Part shown: piece by piece, positions 8,610 to 17,662 of the stretch | Layout: every line of letters starts with the position of its first letter | Numbering within the stretch: the stretch's first letter is position 1 | DNA from: a virus | Lineage: Duplodnaviria > Caudoviricetes | Strand: one strand, 5' to 3' | DNA: 64,000 nt | IMG/VR virus record: IMGVR_UViG_3300025608_000017 | Span: 1-64,000 of that record | Program-made: the position numbers and the translations under genes | The notes under the pieces: model-generated | What the model saw: the letters and a program-made list of their open reading frames with translations, nothing else | What the model was told of the DNA's origin: nothing | The model's database searches: none

Positions 8610-9022
8610 CACTGTTCTCTTTCTGCTACTCGCTTGCGCAAATCACTTGAACTAAAACGGTGATCACGCTTGTTAAAATGCAAGTCTATATCGCGGCGTC
8701 TACAAATATCCTTACCTGTAAAGTCTTTGTCACGATACTCCTCTCCTAATATTCTAACATGAATATTGTACATTGTCAAGATATCTTCTAGATCTTTTTC
8801 TGTACCATAGGGGATAATCTCATCAACATACTTAACTGCTTTGAGTTGTGTGTAACGCTCTACAACAGTTTGTATAGGAGCGTTTTTTTCAGCACGATCA
8901 ACGCTAGGATCTACCTGCAATCCGCAGATCAAATAGTCGCATTGTTCTTTTGCTTCACGCAACATTTGTACGTGTCCTGCATGACAAAGGTCAAACGTAG
9001 ATGCTGTAAAACCTACTCTCAT
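8609..9022 (-). CDS. TagD-like cytidylyltransferase (HxGH nucleotidyltransferase)
   Basis: TFDLCHAGH, VERYTQL...VDEIIPY, GEEY, RDHRFSSSDLR motifs. Confidence 0.85.
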   Translation of the reverse strand: MRVGFTASTFDLCHAGHVQMLREAKEQCDYLICGLQVDPSVDRAEKNAPIQTVVERYTQLKAVKYVDEIIPYGTEKDLEDILTMYNIHVRILGEEYRDKDFTGKDICRRRDIDLHFNKRDHRFSSSDLRKRVAEREQ

Positions 9023-9126
9023 TGCATATCCTCCGCTAATTCTTTTAGTTTTTCTATAAGTTCTTCAATTGTATTTAGGTCCTGCTCGCTTTCTGTATCA
9101 ATTTCTATTTCTAATTTAATTTTCAT
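9019..9126 (-). CDS. small hypothetical protein (35 aa)
   Basis: Manual: MKIKLEIEIDTESEQDLNTIEELIEKLKELAEDMQ; fills the gap between polB and tagD-like. Confidence 0.5.
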   Translation of the reverse strand: MKIKLEIEIDTESEQDLNTIEELIEKLKELAEDMQ

Positions 9127-9127
9127 A

Positions 9128-11797
9128 TCACTCTCCAAAGTCAAACAAACTGTTGAATGTAGTGTGCTGTTTAGTATCTTCTAGTGGATAGTTCAACACA
9201 CCAATCAAGTTGTCCAACTTGTTGTCGATAATAGTTTCTGCCATTGCTGCGTCATCAAACGGAAGTTCTTTGAACCACTCTGGCAGTCTCATTTGATCTG
9301 TTGGATACGCTACACTTGTGTACCCTAACGGATTCTGTTTTAGTTTGCAAACAATAACTTTCATACCATCTACAATTTCTTCACTGTATTTGTCACCGTT
9401 CATACGCTTTAGTGTATTCCAGTTGATACTTGCTCTTACGTGTCCAGGCATGTTTGCTTTGCCTTGCTTTTCTTCCAAGCGTCTGTAGTGTCCAACTTTG
9501 TTTGCACGTTTGGGACTACCTTTCTCCCAACCTGGTCTTGCACTAAACTCCTTGCGGAACACAGTGATACGTTCAAGTACATCTTCACGTGGCTTATCTG
9601 TAAGTACCATTAGCAAGAGTTCACTAAGGAACTCTTGCATAAACACAGGAGTATCTGAACGTCTCAGGTCCAATCCCATAGCTTTTACTTTGCCTGGCTT
9701 ACCGTCTGTGTCTGTTCTAAAACCTTCATTGTCCACAACCAGTGCCGCATAACGTTTCTTAGTAATGTACAAACCTGTTTGTGCAACAATCTCACGTCCT
9801 GCTGCAATAACATCTGCACGACTCTTTGGACAATGGAATGATTTGCCCATCATGTCAACGAATGTACTGTCTACAGCTTCTGACACTTGATCATACAATT
9901 GGATTGCTTTTTCAGTGTCCCACGGAATTTTTCCAGCTTCGATTTCTTGGCCTAAAGTGGGCCAAGCACTAAAGTACACAGAGTCAGTATCACCGTAAAT
10001 AACAGCTTCGCCGACATGATCATAAACGCCTGTAATAACTTTGTTTGCTTCTGCACTCATATGTTTAACAATTGTACGTCCTGTTAGTGTAGTTGATTGT
10101 CCAATACGTTTGTCAAAGAATCTACAACCAGGGTTAAGGATCGCACCATACAAACTGTTCAAGTTAATCTTCTTAACCAGCTGTCGTTTGTCCCAGTATT
10201 CGATCTCAGCGTCATTGCCTGCATCTTTTGCTTTTTTCAGCATCTTCTGTAAGTCTTTACGCTCACTATACCAACGCTTGAGGATACCTGGAATAACACC
10301 TTCAAACTCTGTTGTAAAGATTGTACCGTTAGCAGAGAGCATCCAAGGTTGGTTACTATCAAAGATTACTTTGTAAAGTTCTGCACCACTTAGTACATCA
10401 CTGCCGCCATTTTCCCACTCGACAGTAAGTGCAACATCCTTGCGTTGCTCCATAACTGCTTCGTATTCTTCAGTTGCAAATCTACCTTCCCAACTGCCTG
10501 CAAAGCTCTTCTTCTTTAGCCCCATATCTTCTGTAACACGAGCATCACTAATCTCAGGACGTATTTGTCCTACAATAGTTTCTGGAGCCATATTCAGCGC
10601 ACGAATCACTGACGGATACAGTGAGTTCAAATCCATTGACGCTACCCACTTGTGCAATCCTTTCTTAGGAAACGCAACATATGCACCAGCCGCTTGTGTG
10701 TTTTCATCATCACGCTTTGCACGATTAGGTACTTGTAAGCCTCTATGCCACGCTTCGTTTACAATAGCTTGTTCTGTAACAGCAACAGCACCCATTGTTG
10801 TTTGTAGAAGCACTGTGTTAGCGTGTGCAAGCTCATTACTCAAGTCAATAAAGCGTAATTTCTTGTCCAACTTGTCAAGTAGTGCAGTATCCTGAATGTT
10901 ATATTCGATAAACTTGCGGAAATCGTTGTTGTATAGTGCATCAAGTGTTCCTTCATACGGAACTTTGTTCTCGCCTACTTCAATCTCGCCAATAGCGTCC
11001 AGTCGATATGTGTGGCGTTCTTCATATGTGTACTTGCGATACAAGTTCAAACTGTCTAAGTGTACACGACCCACCAAGTCAAATGTTTCACTTTCCTTGC
11101 CAAACTTTTCATATGTACGCTTCTTGGGCAACTGTCCCCAAAGACAAAAGCGTCTTGTGTCATCTTTGCTCAATACACGAGCAGTTCTGTTTACAGTGTA
11201 GGGAATATCATAACCTTCACTGTTCCACCCTGATAAGATATCGCTGTCTTCGATTAGTGTCAAGAACGTGTCAATCATATCACCTTCTCGCTCAAATAGC
11301 ATTACATTGTCAATGCCTTCAAGTTCTTTTTCAGCTTGCTCCATAGTAAGTGTTTTAGGTGGAACAGCGAGACACACCATTGTCTCTAACCATTGTAAGT
11401 AAACTGAGATTGACGTAATAGGCATAAACGGATCACTAGGATCAGCAAAGCCTTTTTCCGGATCAAAGTCCGTCTCAATATCGAAAAACGCAATGTTTAG
11501 CTTAGGAGCATCTTGATTGAGATAGTGTTCACTCAAACATTGAAAGATTGGATTGATGTCACTTTCGAACAGTTCTTTGTCTCTGTTGATAGCAACTTCC
11601 TTACGAAAGTCTTTTGTGTTCTTGCACACAATACGACTTAGAGGATCACCGTACACACTCTTGTACTTGCCTCTAGCGTCTTTATAATAAAATGTATATT
11701 TTACAGGATATTCGCGGTAAGTTCTTTTACCGTCTTTGCGTTCGACTGCTTTGATCATATCTTGATCACGGTCAAACATTGCGTCTACATAGCTCAT
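9128..11797 (-). CDS. polB: family B DNA polymerase (T4 gp43-like)
   Basis: Exonuclease DIETD/GWNSEGYDIPY/YNIQD; polymerase DLNSLYPS, KINLNSLYG, YGDTDS. Confidence 0.97.
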   Translation of the reverse strand: MSYVDAMFDRDQDMIKAVERKDGKRTYREYPVKYTFYYKDARGKYKSVYGDPLSRIVCKNTKDFRKEVAINRDKELFESDINPIFQCLSEHYLNQDAPKLNIAFFDIETDFDPEKGFADPSDPFMPITSISVYLQWLETMVCLAVPPKTLTMEQAEKELEGIDNVMLFEREGDMIDTFLTLIEDSDILSGWNSEGYDIPYTVNRTARVLSKDDTRRFCLWGQLPKKRTYEKFGKESETFDLVGRVHLDSLNLYRKYTYEERHTYRLDAIGEIEVGENKVPYEGTLDALYNNDFRKFIEYNIQDTALLDKLDKKLRFIDLSNELAHANTVLLQTTMGAVAVTEQAIVNEAWHRGLQVPNRAKRDDENTQAAGAYVAFPKKGLHKWVASMDLNSLYPSVIRALNMAPETIVGQIRPEISDARVTEDMGLKKKSFAGSWEGRFATEEYEAVMEQRKDVALTVEWENGGSDVLSGAELYKVIFDSNQPWMLSANGTIFTTEFEGVIPGILKRWYSERKDLQKMLKKAKDAGNDAEIEYWDKRQLVKKINLNSLYGAILNPGCRFFDKRIGQSTTLTGRTIVKHMSAEANKVITGVYDHVGEAVIYGDTDSVYFSAWPTLGQEIEAGKIPWDTEKAIQLYDQVSEAVDSTFVDMMGKSFHCPKSRADVIAAGREIVAQTGLYITKKRYAALVVDNEGFRTDTDGKPGKVKAMGLDLRRSDTPVFMQEFLSELLLMVLTDKPREDVLERITVFRKEFSARPGWEKGSPKRANKVGHYRRLEEKQGKANMPGHVRASINWNTLKRMNGDKYSEEIVDGMKVIVCKLKQNPLGYTSVAYPTDQMRLPEWFKELPFDDAAMAETIIDNKLDNLIGVLNYPLEDTKQHTTFNSLFDFGE

Positions 11798-12495
11798 TTT
11801 ATTAGTCTCATTCCTATTTTTTTAGCTGTTGCGTATGGTGTTTTAAAACTAGATATATAGTTTTGTAATCCCATCCATTTTTCTTGCGAAATTAATTTAG
11901 ATTCTATGCTTAATTTCGTATCCGATAACGGAGTAAGGTGTGCAATAATAGTACCAGCCTTTAACATTAAAGTTTTTTCTATAGAACTATTAGGTAACAT
12001 GATATTAATATGACTTGCATGTTGATATTTAAATTCCATTACTCCTGGCAACACATTGTACCCATCAATGTGTTCTTTGTGCCAAACTGCATCATGCATT
12101 AAAAAAGGAGTATCTTTATTACTAGTAATATGCCATGGACTCATCAATTTAATATGCAGGCTATTTTTAAAACCATCACCCCATTGATCAGGTGTATGCA
12201 CTTGAATAAATTCTCTAGACATTTGTCCAATGCCCGGCATCTGTACATCTGTAAGCTGGTTGCCTTTATAGGTGATTTTAATATCTGACCATAAAGGTAT
12301 ATTAATACTTTTTTTGAATAATTCGATAAATCCTGGACACGTTGCAAGTGTAGGATACTCTTGATTTCGATCGATTGTTTTAAACCAATCTGGAAGTAAT
12401 TTCATACCTTCCTGTGGAGAAAATAAGTCTCTCTTTTGTTTACTACCTGATGTATGAAATATCAGATGTGTAGCAGTGTCTTTTTTCTTAAACAT
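11794..12495 (-). CDS. hypothetical protein (possibly DUF6065-like), paralogue of 30262..31005
   Basis: TCPG...IPLWSD, KLMSPW, VLPG, KAG motifs shared with the paralogue. An ATG with SD at 12495 is preferred over TTG at 12522. Confidence 0.6.
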   Translation of the reverse strand: MFKKKDTATHLIFHTSGSKQKRDLFSPQEGMKLLPDWFKTIDRNQEYPTLATCPGFIELFKKSINIPLWSDIKITYKGNQLTDVQMPGIGQMSREFIQVHTPDQWGDGFKNSLHIKLMSPWHITSNKDTPFLMHDAVWHKEHIDGYNVLPGVMEFKYQHASHINIMLPNSSIEKTLMLKAGTIIAHLTPLSDTKLSIESKLISQEKWMGLQNYISSFKTPYATAKKIGMRLIK

Positions 12496-12571
12496 TCTTT
12501 TTCCTTGTTGCTTTTTGGCCAACTAACCTTTAACCTGCTCGTAAAGTGAGCGAATCTACAAGTATATAGTA

Positions 12572-12853
12572 TTATATAAAAAACAATTGGTAAAGAGCGA
12601 TAGTATTCATCATCACAAACCAACTGCACAATACAATAACAAATGCTGCTTGTCTAATCACAGCACTAACTACACCTAAAAGACTACCTACAAGATACAT
12701 TGGAACAAATATCTTTGTTGCAGGATCTAAGATAGTAAATGTTAGTACAGCACTTGCACTGATTAGCAGTACTGCTTCTATCATTTCTGCATAGAAAGCC
12801 ACCGGACTTGTCCTATAGCTTTCCTTAAAAAATTCACCTATACGGCTGATCAC
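12572..12853 (-). CDS. small membrane protein
   Basis: 93 aa with 3 hydrophobic helices. Confidence 0.65.
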   Translation of the reverse strand: MISRIGEFFKESYRTSPVAFYAEMIEAVLLISASAVLTFTILDPATKIFVPMYLVGSLLGVVSAVIRQAAFVIVLCSWFVMMNTIALYQLFFI

Positions 12854-13110
12854 TTGTCAACACCTACTGTAGCAACAAGTGTTTCGAGATCGTCAAATGC
12901 ATCTGCATGCTTTTCCCAATCACGTTTTTGTGCAATCTTAATTGCTTTGTTGATCAGTGCTGGCTTGATGTCAAGTTCTTCTGCTACAGCTTTTACAGTG
13001 TCTTTAAGACCACCTTGTAAGTCTTCAATTTCTTGTAGTACAGTCACGCCTTCTTGTACAAGACGCTCGAGTTTTGCTTTTTCTTCAGCACCATAGGTAC
13101 GATCACTCAT
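12850..13110 (-). CDS. dsbA: T4 DsbA / GapR-like dsDNA-binding protein
   Basis: 86 aa coiled-coil pattern EIEDL..LKD.VKAVAEELDIKPALINKAIKIA typical of the Phage_DsbA/DUF2312 fold. Confidence 0.65.
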   Translation of the reverse strand: MSDRTYGAEEKAKLERLVQEGVTVLQEIEDLQGGLKDTVKAVAEELDIKPALINKAIKIAQKRDWEKHADAFDDLETLVATVGVDK

Positions 13111-13144
13111 AGTTTTCTCCTTGTGAGTTTGTAGTGTTGTTACT

Positions 13145-13173
13145 ATTATATGGTATATTTAGGTAGATGTCAA
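13145..13173 (-). promoter_or_regulatory. consensus sigma70 promoter TTGACA-N17-TATAAT
   Basis: Exact consensus upstream of dsbA-like. Confidence 0.8.
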
Positions 13174-14774
13174 GATTTTATTTCTTGAAAATTGTATGTA
13201 CTACTATAGTCATGTTTGGCACAATACATATTTTCTATTCTGTCTTTACCACCAATTTGAACATCTGTAAAAAATTCTTTTTTATAATTTTCCAATAGTT
13301 CGTTGTAAAGTTTGTCGTCAGTTTCTGCTTTTTCAATTAATGGCCAAACTGATTTATCATAATAGGCGTAAAGACTAAATGTTTTAATTAACTTTTGTAC
13401 ATCATCAGGTTGTAAATAAGGCTGGGGCATTTTTAAAAGCCAACTGTCCAAAAACCCTCCGATATCATTTTTTGTATCGCCATTAATATGATTAGGATCC
13501 ATAAAGCCCGATTCTATTGCTATTTTCCTTAAATCTGTTCCGTGATACAGTTGTAGCATTACTACTGATAATCCATCATATCCTTTAGAGTTATGCACAA
13601 ATTCTGCTGTATCTAAAACCAGTTGTCTTGTTTCAAATGGCATGCCGATTATAACGTTTAAACTATATGGAATATTACTGTCATTAATATACTCCATATG
13701 TTTATAATATACTTCATTTGAAACATTACGTTTTAGATATTTTTTTCTATATTCTTCATTGCCGCTTTCTAAACCAAATGTCATTCTGTAGATGCCTGCT
13801 TCCTTTAGTGCTTCTAAAACATCCGGAGTACAGTTTTCTATTCTAGTATTCATCCAAAACGGAATCTTATACTTTGACCACATTTCACAAAAATCAAAAA
13901 TTTCTCGTTTGGGCCTTGCTAAAAAACTATCGTCTTGAAACATAATTAAATCTGGATCATAAAGTTCTTTATAATATAATAAATCTCTCTCTACAATAGA
14001 AGCAGGCTTTCTTCTCATATAATTTTCATTATTGTTAATTTTAGAAAAGTTTCGTGTAAATGGACTGTTACAGTATGTACAATTGTATGGACAGCCCCTA
14101 TATGTTTCCATACTAACTGCTCGTTTGAATAACTTGCCTCCCATAGGACGATTCCATCGTTGTCCTTGAAAGCAAGAAAAATCTGGTGTAATTTCCGTTA
14201 TATCGCACAACGGCTGCGGCGGATTCTTTTTAATTGTGCCGGCGGATGTTTTGACCCATAGTCCTCTGACGTTTTCAATAGTAGAACCCTGTTGCAATGC
14301 ATCAATGCAATCTGATAATGCTCTTTCTCCTTCATGTAAACATATGGCCTTTACATTTGGATTGTTTATGACTATATCAGGTGCAGCAGTAGGAAATATT
14401 CCTCCTAAAATATGAGGAATGTCAAAATCTTTAATACTTTCTAATAAAATTTTTGCTGTATACCAAACGTCTTCTTGTACACTCATTAATATTAAATCAG
14501 GTTTAAATGTTTCTACCTTGTTAATAAAATCAGGAATGATTTCATTAGTAGGCTTAATGTAAAACATATCCTTTATTTCTTCTTCTTTATTAGGCCTATT
14601 TGCGCCTACTTCTGTGCTCCGTATATGTTTGTTAGCATATTCATCGCTATACTGCGTAGTTTCAAAAATTTCAACATCGCAGTTTTTCTTCTTTCCGATA
14701 GCATTAAAAATTGCCATAGCAATACTAGGCGACATCATAAGAGGCAAGTTAGGATAAACTAATAAAATTTTCAT
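13170..14774 (-). CDS. cobalamin-binding radical SAM enzyme (class B methylase-like)
   Basis: N-terminal B12-binding domain (LGGIFPT, EGE); RGCPYNCTYC; FQDDSF; FGLESG; IIGMPFET. Confidence 0.9.
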   Translation of the reverse strand: MKILLVYPNLPLMMSPSIAMAIFNAIGKKKNCDVEIFETTQYSDEYANKHIRSTEVGANRPNKEEEIKDMFYIKPTNEIIPDFINKVETFKPDLILMSVQEDVWYTAKILLESIKDFDIPHILGGIFPTAAPDIVINNPNVKAICLHEGERALSDCIDALQQGSTIENVRGLWVKTSAGTIKKNPPQPLCDITEITPDFSCFQGQRWNRPMGGKLFKRAVSMETYRGCPYNCTYCNSPFTRNFSKINNNENYMRRKPASIVERDLLYYKELYDPDLIMFQDDSFLARPKREIFDFCEMWSKYKIPFWMNTRIENCTPDVLEALKEAGIYRMTFGLESGNEEYRKKYLKRNVSNEVYYKHMEYINDSNIPYSLNVIIGMPFETRQLVLDTAEFVHNSKGYDGLSVVMLQLYHGTDLRKIAIESGFMDPNHINGDTKNDIGGFLDSWLLKMPQPYLQPDDVQKLIKTFSLYAYYDKSVWPLIEKAETDDKLYNELLENYKKEFFTDVQIGGKDRIENMYCAKHDYSSTYNFQEIKS

Positions 14775-14862
14775 TATATATTTTTCTCAAGGTAATTGTT
14801 ACTAGTATATACTACTAATTATAAAAGTCAATCAACAATCTGACTTTGCACTGTTATGGAAA

Positions 14863-15645
14863 TTATTTTTTAGAATTTAATTTGCGCAAAAGCATTTCTT
14901 TAATCGACTCGACACTTTCGGTTTTTGCAGTCTTTGCTGCATCTTTCCATGCCTTGTCTGTTGGCGCTTTGGGATGATTTTTCGAACGACTTGTGCCAGC
15001 TTTTTTACGAGCGTTTACGTTGTGGTATAAGCCTTTGTTTTCTTCTTCGATATCTTCGTTCCACTTGTCTAACCAAGTTTCGAAACGTTGTATCTTTTTA
15101 GGGTCTGCTGCAATTTGTTGTAGTGCAACTGTATGCTTTTTAAGAAAAGCTGAATACTGTTGTTTCGATGCTCTGGGAGCAGAAGACTTTTTTACTGTTT
15201 TACTATCTTTAGTATCTTTTTTTGACGAATCTTTAGTTGAATCTTTCTCTGGTCTAAGTAAATTTAAGCTGTTATACTTGTCTCTGCCTGTTTGAAAGTC
15301 GTCTTTAAAGTCTTCGCCTACTAATTTGTCGCGAGTTGGATTTTTAGTAGTTCCTGCAGGATTTTTCTTAATAGCGTCTTTACCTTTAAGTTGACCTGCA
15401 CTGCCTGTCTTTTGTGATTCGTTTAGAGTAACACCTGCTAGTGCAGCAAAGTCTGCTACACTATAATCACGATCCATTTCTAATGAACCTTCTTGTACTT
15501 CTACACTTTCCTGCACGTAGTTTACGTCAGGCGCGGCACTTTTCTGCGCTTCGCTGCCTGCACTCTCAGCTAGCTTGCGCATATCTTCTGCCGGATCACT
15601 AGGATCTAGTGCAAATAATTTGTGTTGTAGTGCATTAAAATCCAT
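14863..15645 (-). CDS. probable capsid-internal protein
   Basis: Low-complexity and Lys-rich, with many h-x-E sites (LAE, VQE, LNE, VGE, IKE). Confidence 0.55.
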   Translation of the reverse strand: MDFNALQHKLFALDPSDPAEDMRKLAESAGSEAQKSAAPDVNYVQESVEVQEGSLEMDRDYSVADFAALAGVTLNESQKTGSAGQLKGKDAIKKNPAGTTKNPTRDKLVGEDFKDDFQTGRDKYNSLNLLRPEKDSTKDSSKKDTKDSKTVKKSSAPRASKQQYSAFLKKHTVALQQIAADPKKIQRFETWLDKWNEDIEEENKGLYHNVNARKKAGTSRSKNHPKAPTDKAWKDAAKTAKTESVESIKEMLLRKLNSKK

Positions 15646-15655
15646 TAGTTATTCC

Positions 15656-16321
15656 TTAGTCACATTTGCACGAGCCAGGCTCGCCACGCGGTACGCCTGC
15701 AACTTTGCGACAGCCTTTCCAGCATTTTTTATAAATTTTGCTGTTGCCATGACGCTTGCCTTCTTCTAGTTCTGCAAGTTCTTTTTTCTCAGAAGCAGTT
15801 AACATAGTTTTGCCACATTCATTGCAAGTTTGTGTTGCTTCAGAAAGTTTATTTGCTAGTTTGTCTTGTAGTGATTCTTTGTAATCTTTCTTGTCTTTTT
15901 TCTTATTTTTCATCTTCTCCACATTCTTTTTGAACTGCGGAGGAACTTTGCCTTCTGCAACAGCATTACAGTTACAGTGCTTACAAGTTGGAGGACATGT
16001 GCAATCTTCTGCTTTAGTATCTGCACCACAACACTTGTCTGAACAATGTGTATCTCTTGCCTCAGTCACTTCGCCCATAGGACTGTTTTCATAGTCCATA
16101 TGATGATATACACTGCCAATCATGTCTGCTGATTTGGTAATTTTACTCTGTACCCAACCTTCTAAGCCTTCAGCTTCACTAACGCCTTTTAGCATGTCGT
16201 GTAGTTTGATTGCATATTTTGCTAATTTATATAGATCAGCGCGAGCCATTTGTACTTCATGGTCTTTTTCAGCAGCGTGTGCTAAGTCGCCTAATCCTTC
16301 TCTAATTTCTTTATCTCTCAT
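15656..16321 (-). CDS. probable capsid-internal protein with Cys-rich segments
   Basis: Starts MRDKEIREG; contains CSDKCCG/CTCPPTCKHCNC; late promoter upstream. Confidence 0.55.
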   Translation of the reverse strand: MRDKEIREGLGDLAHAAEKDHEVQMARADLYKLAKYAIKLHDMLKGVSEAEGLEGWVQSKITKSADMIGSVYHHMDYENSPMGEVTEARDTHCSDKCCGADTKAEDCTCPPTCKHCNCNAVAEGKVPPQFKKNVEKMKNKKKDKKDYKESLQDKLANKLSEATQTCNECGKTMLTASEKKELAELEEGKRHGNSKIYKKCWKGCRKVAGVPRGEPGSCKCD

Positions 16322-16348
16322 TGAGGTGCTCCAATACGTATTATAGTG

Positions 16349-16355
16349 TATTTAT
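16349..16355 (-). promoter_or_regulatory. T4-type late promoter ATAAATA
   Basis: 28 nt upstream of start 16321; the same heptamer recurs 19-30 nt before 7 other starts. Confidence 0.65.
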
Positions 16356-16531
16356 GCCTTTTTGTTCTTAGGCTTCTTTTTCTTGCCAGCCATTAGCATG
16401 TCTCCGTCAACAGCATTTTTAGCAGTACCGTCTGGATTACGTTTCTGCATCATACTTTTGCCGCCTACAGGAGTTACTGCTACAGCCATTGCACCTGATG
16501 TATTTTCATTTACTATATCACTCATTTTCAT
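16352..16531 (-). CDS. small basic protein (59 aa), probable internal protein
   Basis: Manual: MKMSDIVNENTSGAMAV...GKKKKPKNKKA. Confidence 0.6.
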   Translation of the reverse strand: MKMSDIVNENTSGAMAVAVTPVGGKSMMQKRNPDGTAKNAVDGDMLMAGKKKKPKNKKA

Positions 16532-16542
16532 TTGCGTTGTCC

Positions 16543-16686
16543 TTATCCGTGTTCAAACCTTGCCACTGACTTTGGTGCATAGTTTTGCCTTTCGGTATAC
16601 TGTTTCCAAAATGCATTACGTTCGTTAGTACTAGCTCTACGTGCTTCGTGTTCTTTTAACTTTTTAACGTAATACTCTATGTCCAT
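16543..16686 (-). CDS. small hypothetical protein (47 aa)
   Basis: Manual: MDIEYYVKKLKEHEARR...; TAATG overlap with the upstream gene. Confidence 0.5.
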   Translation of the reverse strand: MDIEYYVKKLKEHEARRASTNERNAFWKQYTERQNYAPKSVARFEHG

Positions 16687-16889
16687 TATTTCTTTCCGTA
16701 TCTTTCATTTAATATGTCTTGTATCACTTGTGATCCTTTGTGTGTAAAGAATCGAGGAGCAATACTGTGTATTATAAGCATTGGTACAAGTAATTGTAAA
16801 CGTAGTGCAGTCCAAAGTGCAGCTCGCATATGCTGTAAGCCGGTTTCATTTTGTTCTTCTAAATGCTTTTTACACTCTTTGCTAAACAT
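16686..16889 (-). CDS. small protein, DUF6356-like
   Basis: HLEEQNETGLQHM...LIIHSIAP.FF..GS pattern. Confidence 0.55.
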   Translation of the reverse strand: MFSKECKKHLEEQNETGLQHMRAALWTALRLQLLVPMLIIHSIAPRFFTHKGSQVIQDILNERYGKK

Positions 16890-16891
16890 TA

Positions 16892-17662
16892 TTACTGTCT
16901 TTCTTTTTCTTTACTTGCAATCCACTTCATCATATTTGTAGCAGGATTTGCTAGATACCATCCAACATCACGATATGTTTTAAACTTATCTACCAATAGA
17001 TCTTGTTTGATAGCAGCAAAACTTTTCCTATTATCTATTGTTATTAATTCTTTGACTTTCTTACCGCCAAACTTACTCAAAAACGATTCTAAGTTTAACA
17101 TATAATAAAACTCTGTATCTAATATAACTTCGCCTTTGTGTTGGCTATAACTAGGAATACCTTTTTGATAACCACTTAGTATTTTTTGTAATTCTTCACC
17201 TTCTGGCTCATCTCTGCGACTAATAGTGCTGCCTCTAGGTCCAGCACCTTGAGCGTATTGTGGATCATATCCTTTGAAGCCACCCAAGTCGTCGATGTCT
17301 GGGTTCCAATAAGCAGTAAAGTCGCTACCTGGAATTATTATATGATTTGTACCAAAATAGTTGCTGTTGCTTGCAGGTGCTACTGTAGTTGTTTGTGCAG
17401 GACTAGCAATGTTCAGCCCTTTAAGCACTGCTGTCTGTATAGGATTAAAATTCCCCATTACACCTTTTCTAGCAGGATTGGTTATTTTTTGTATTAGGTT
17501 ATTTTTAGCACCGCCGTGATATTCACCTCCGTGCATTGCTCTATAAAGAATAGGCTGGTTGCCCATTTTACTACAAAGTTCAGCAGCAACTTTCAAACGT
17601 TCTACAGCATGTTCAGTATTGTTAACTGGTATAACTTCTTCGGTGATTTCGTTGATCTTCAT
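16892..17662 (-). CDS. probable internal protein, possibly ADP-ribosyltransferase-like
   Basis: Starts MKINEITEE; contains ILYRAM, QTTT, KGEVIL. Confidence 0.45.
   Translation of the reverse strand: MKINEITEEVIPVNNTEHAVERLKVAAELCSKMGNQPILYRAMHGGEYHGGAKNNLIQKITNPARKGVMGNFNPIQTAVLKGLNIASPAQTTTVAPASNSNYFGTNHIIIPGSDFTAYWNPDIDDLGGFKGYDPQYAQGAGPRGSTISRRDEPEGEELQKILSGYQKGIPSYSQHKGEVILDTEFYYMLNLESFLSKFGGKKVKELITIDNRKSFAAIKQDLLVDKFKTYRDVGWYLANPATNMMKWIASKEKERQ

Noticed and set aside
9498-11346. Several plus-strand ORFs opposite polB
   Set aside because: Antisense shadows caused by codon bias; Ser-rich, with no motifs or SD.
9128-11797. Intein or intron in polB
   Set aside because: 889 aa is normal length, motifs are contiguous, and no splice motifs are seen.
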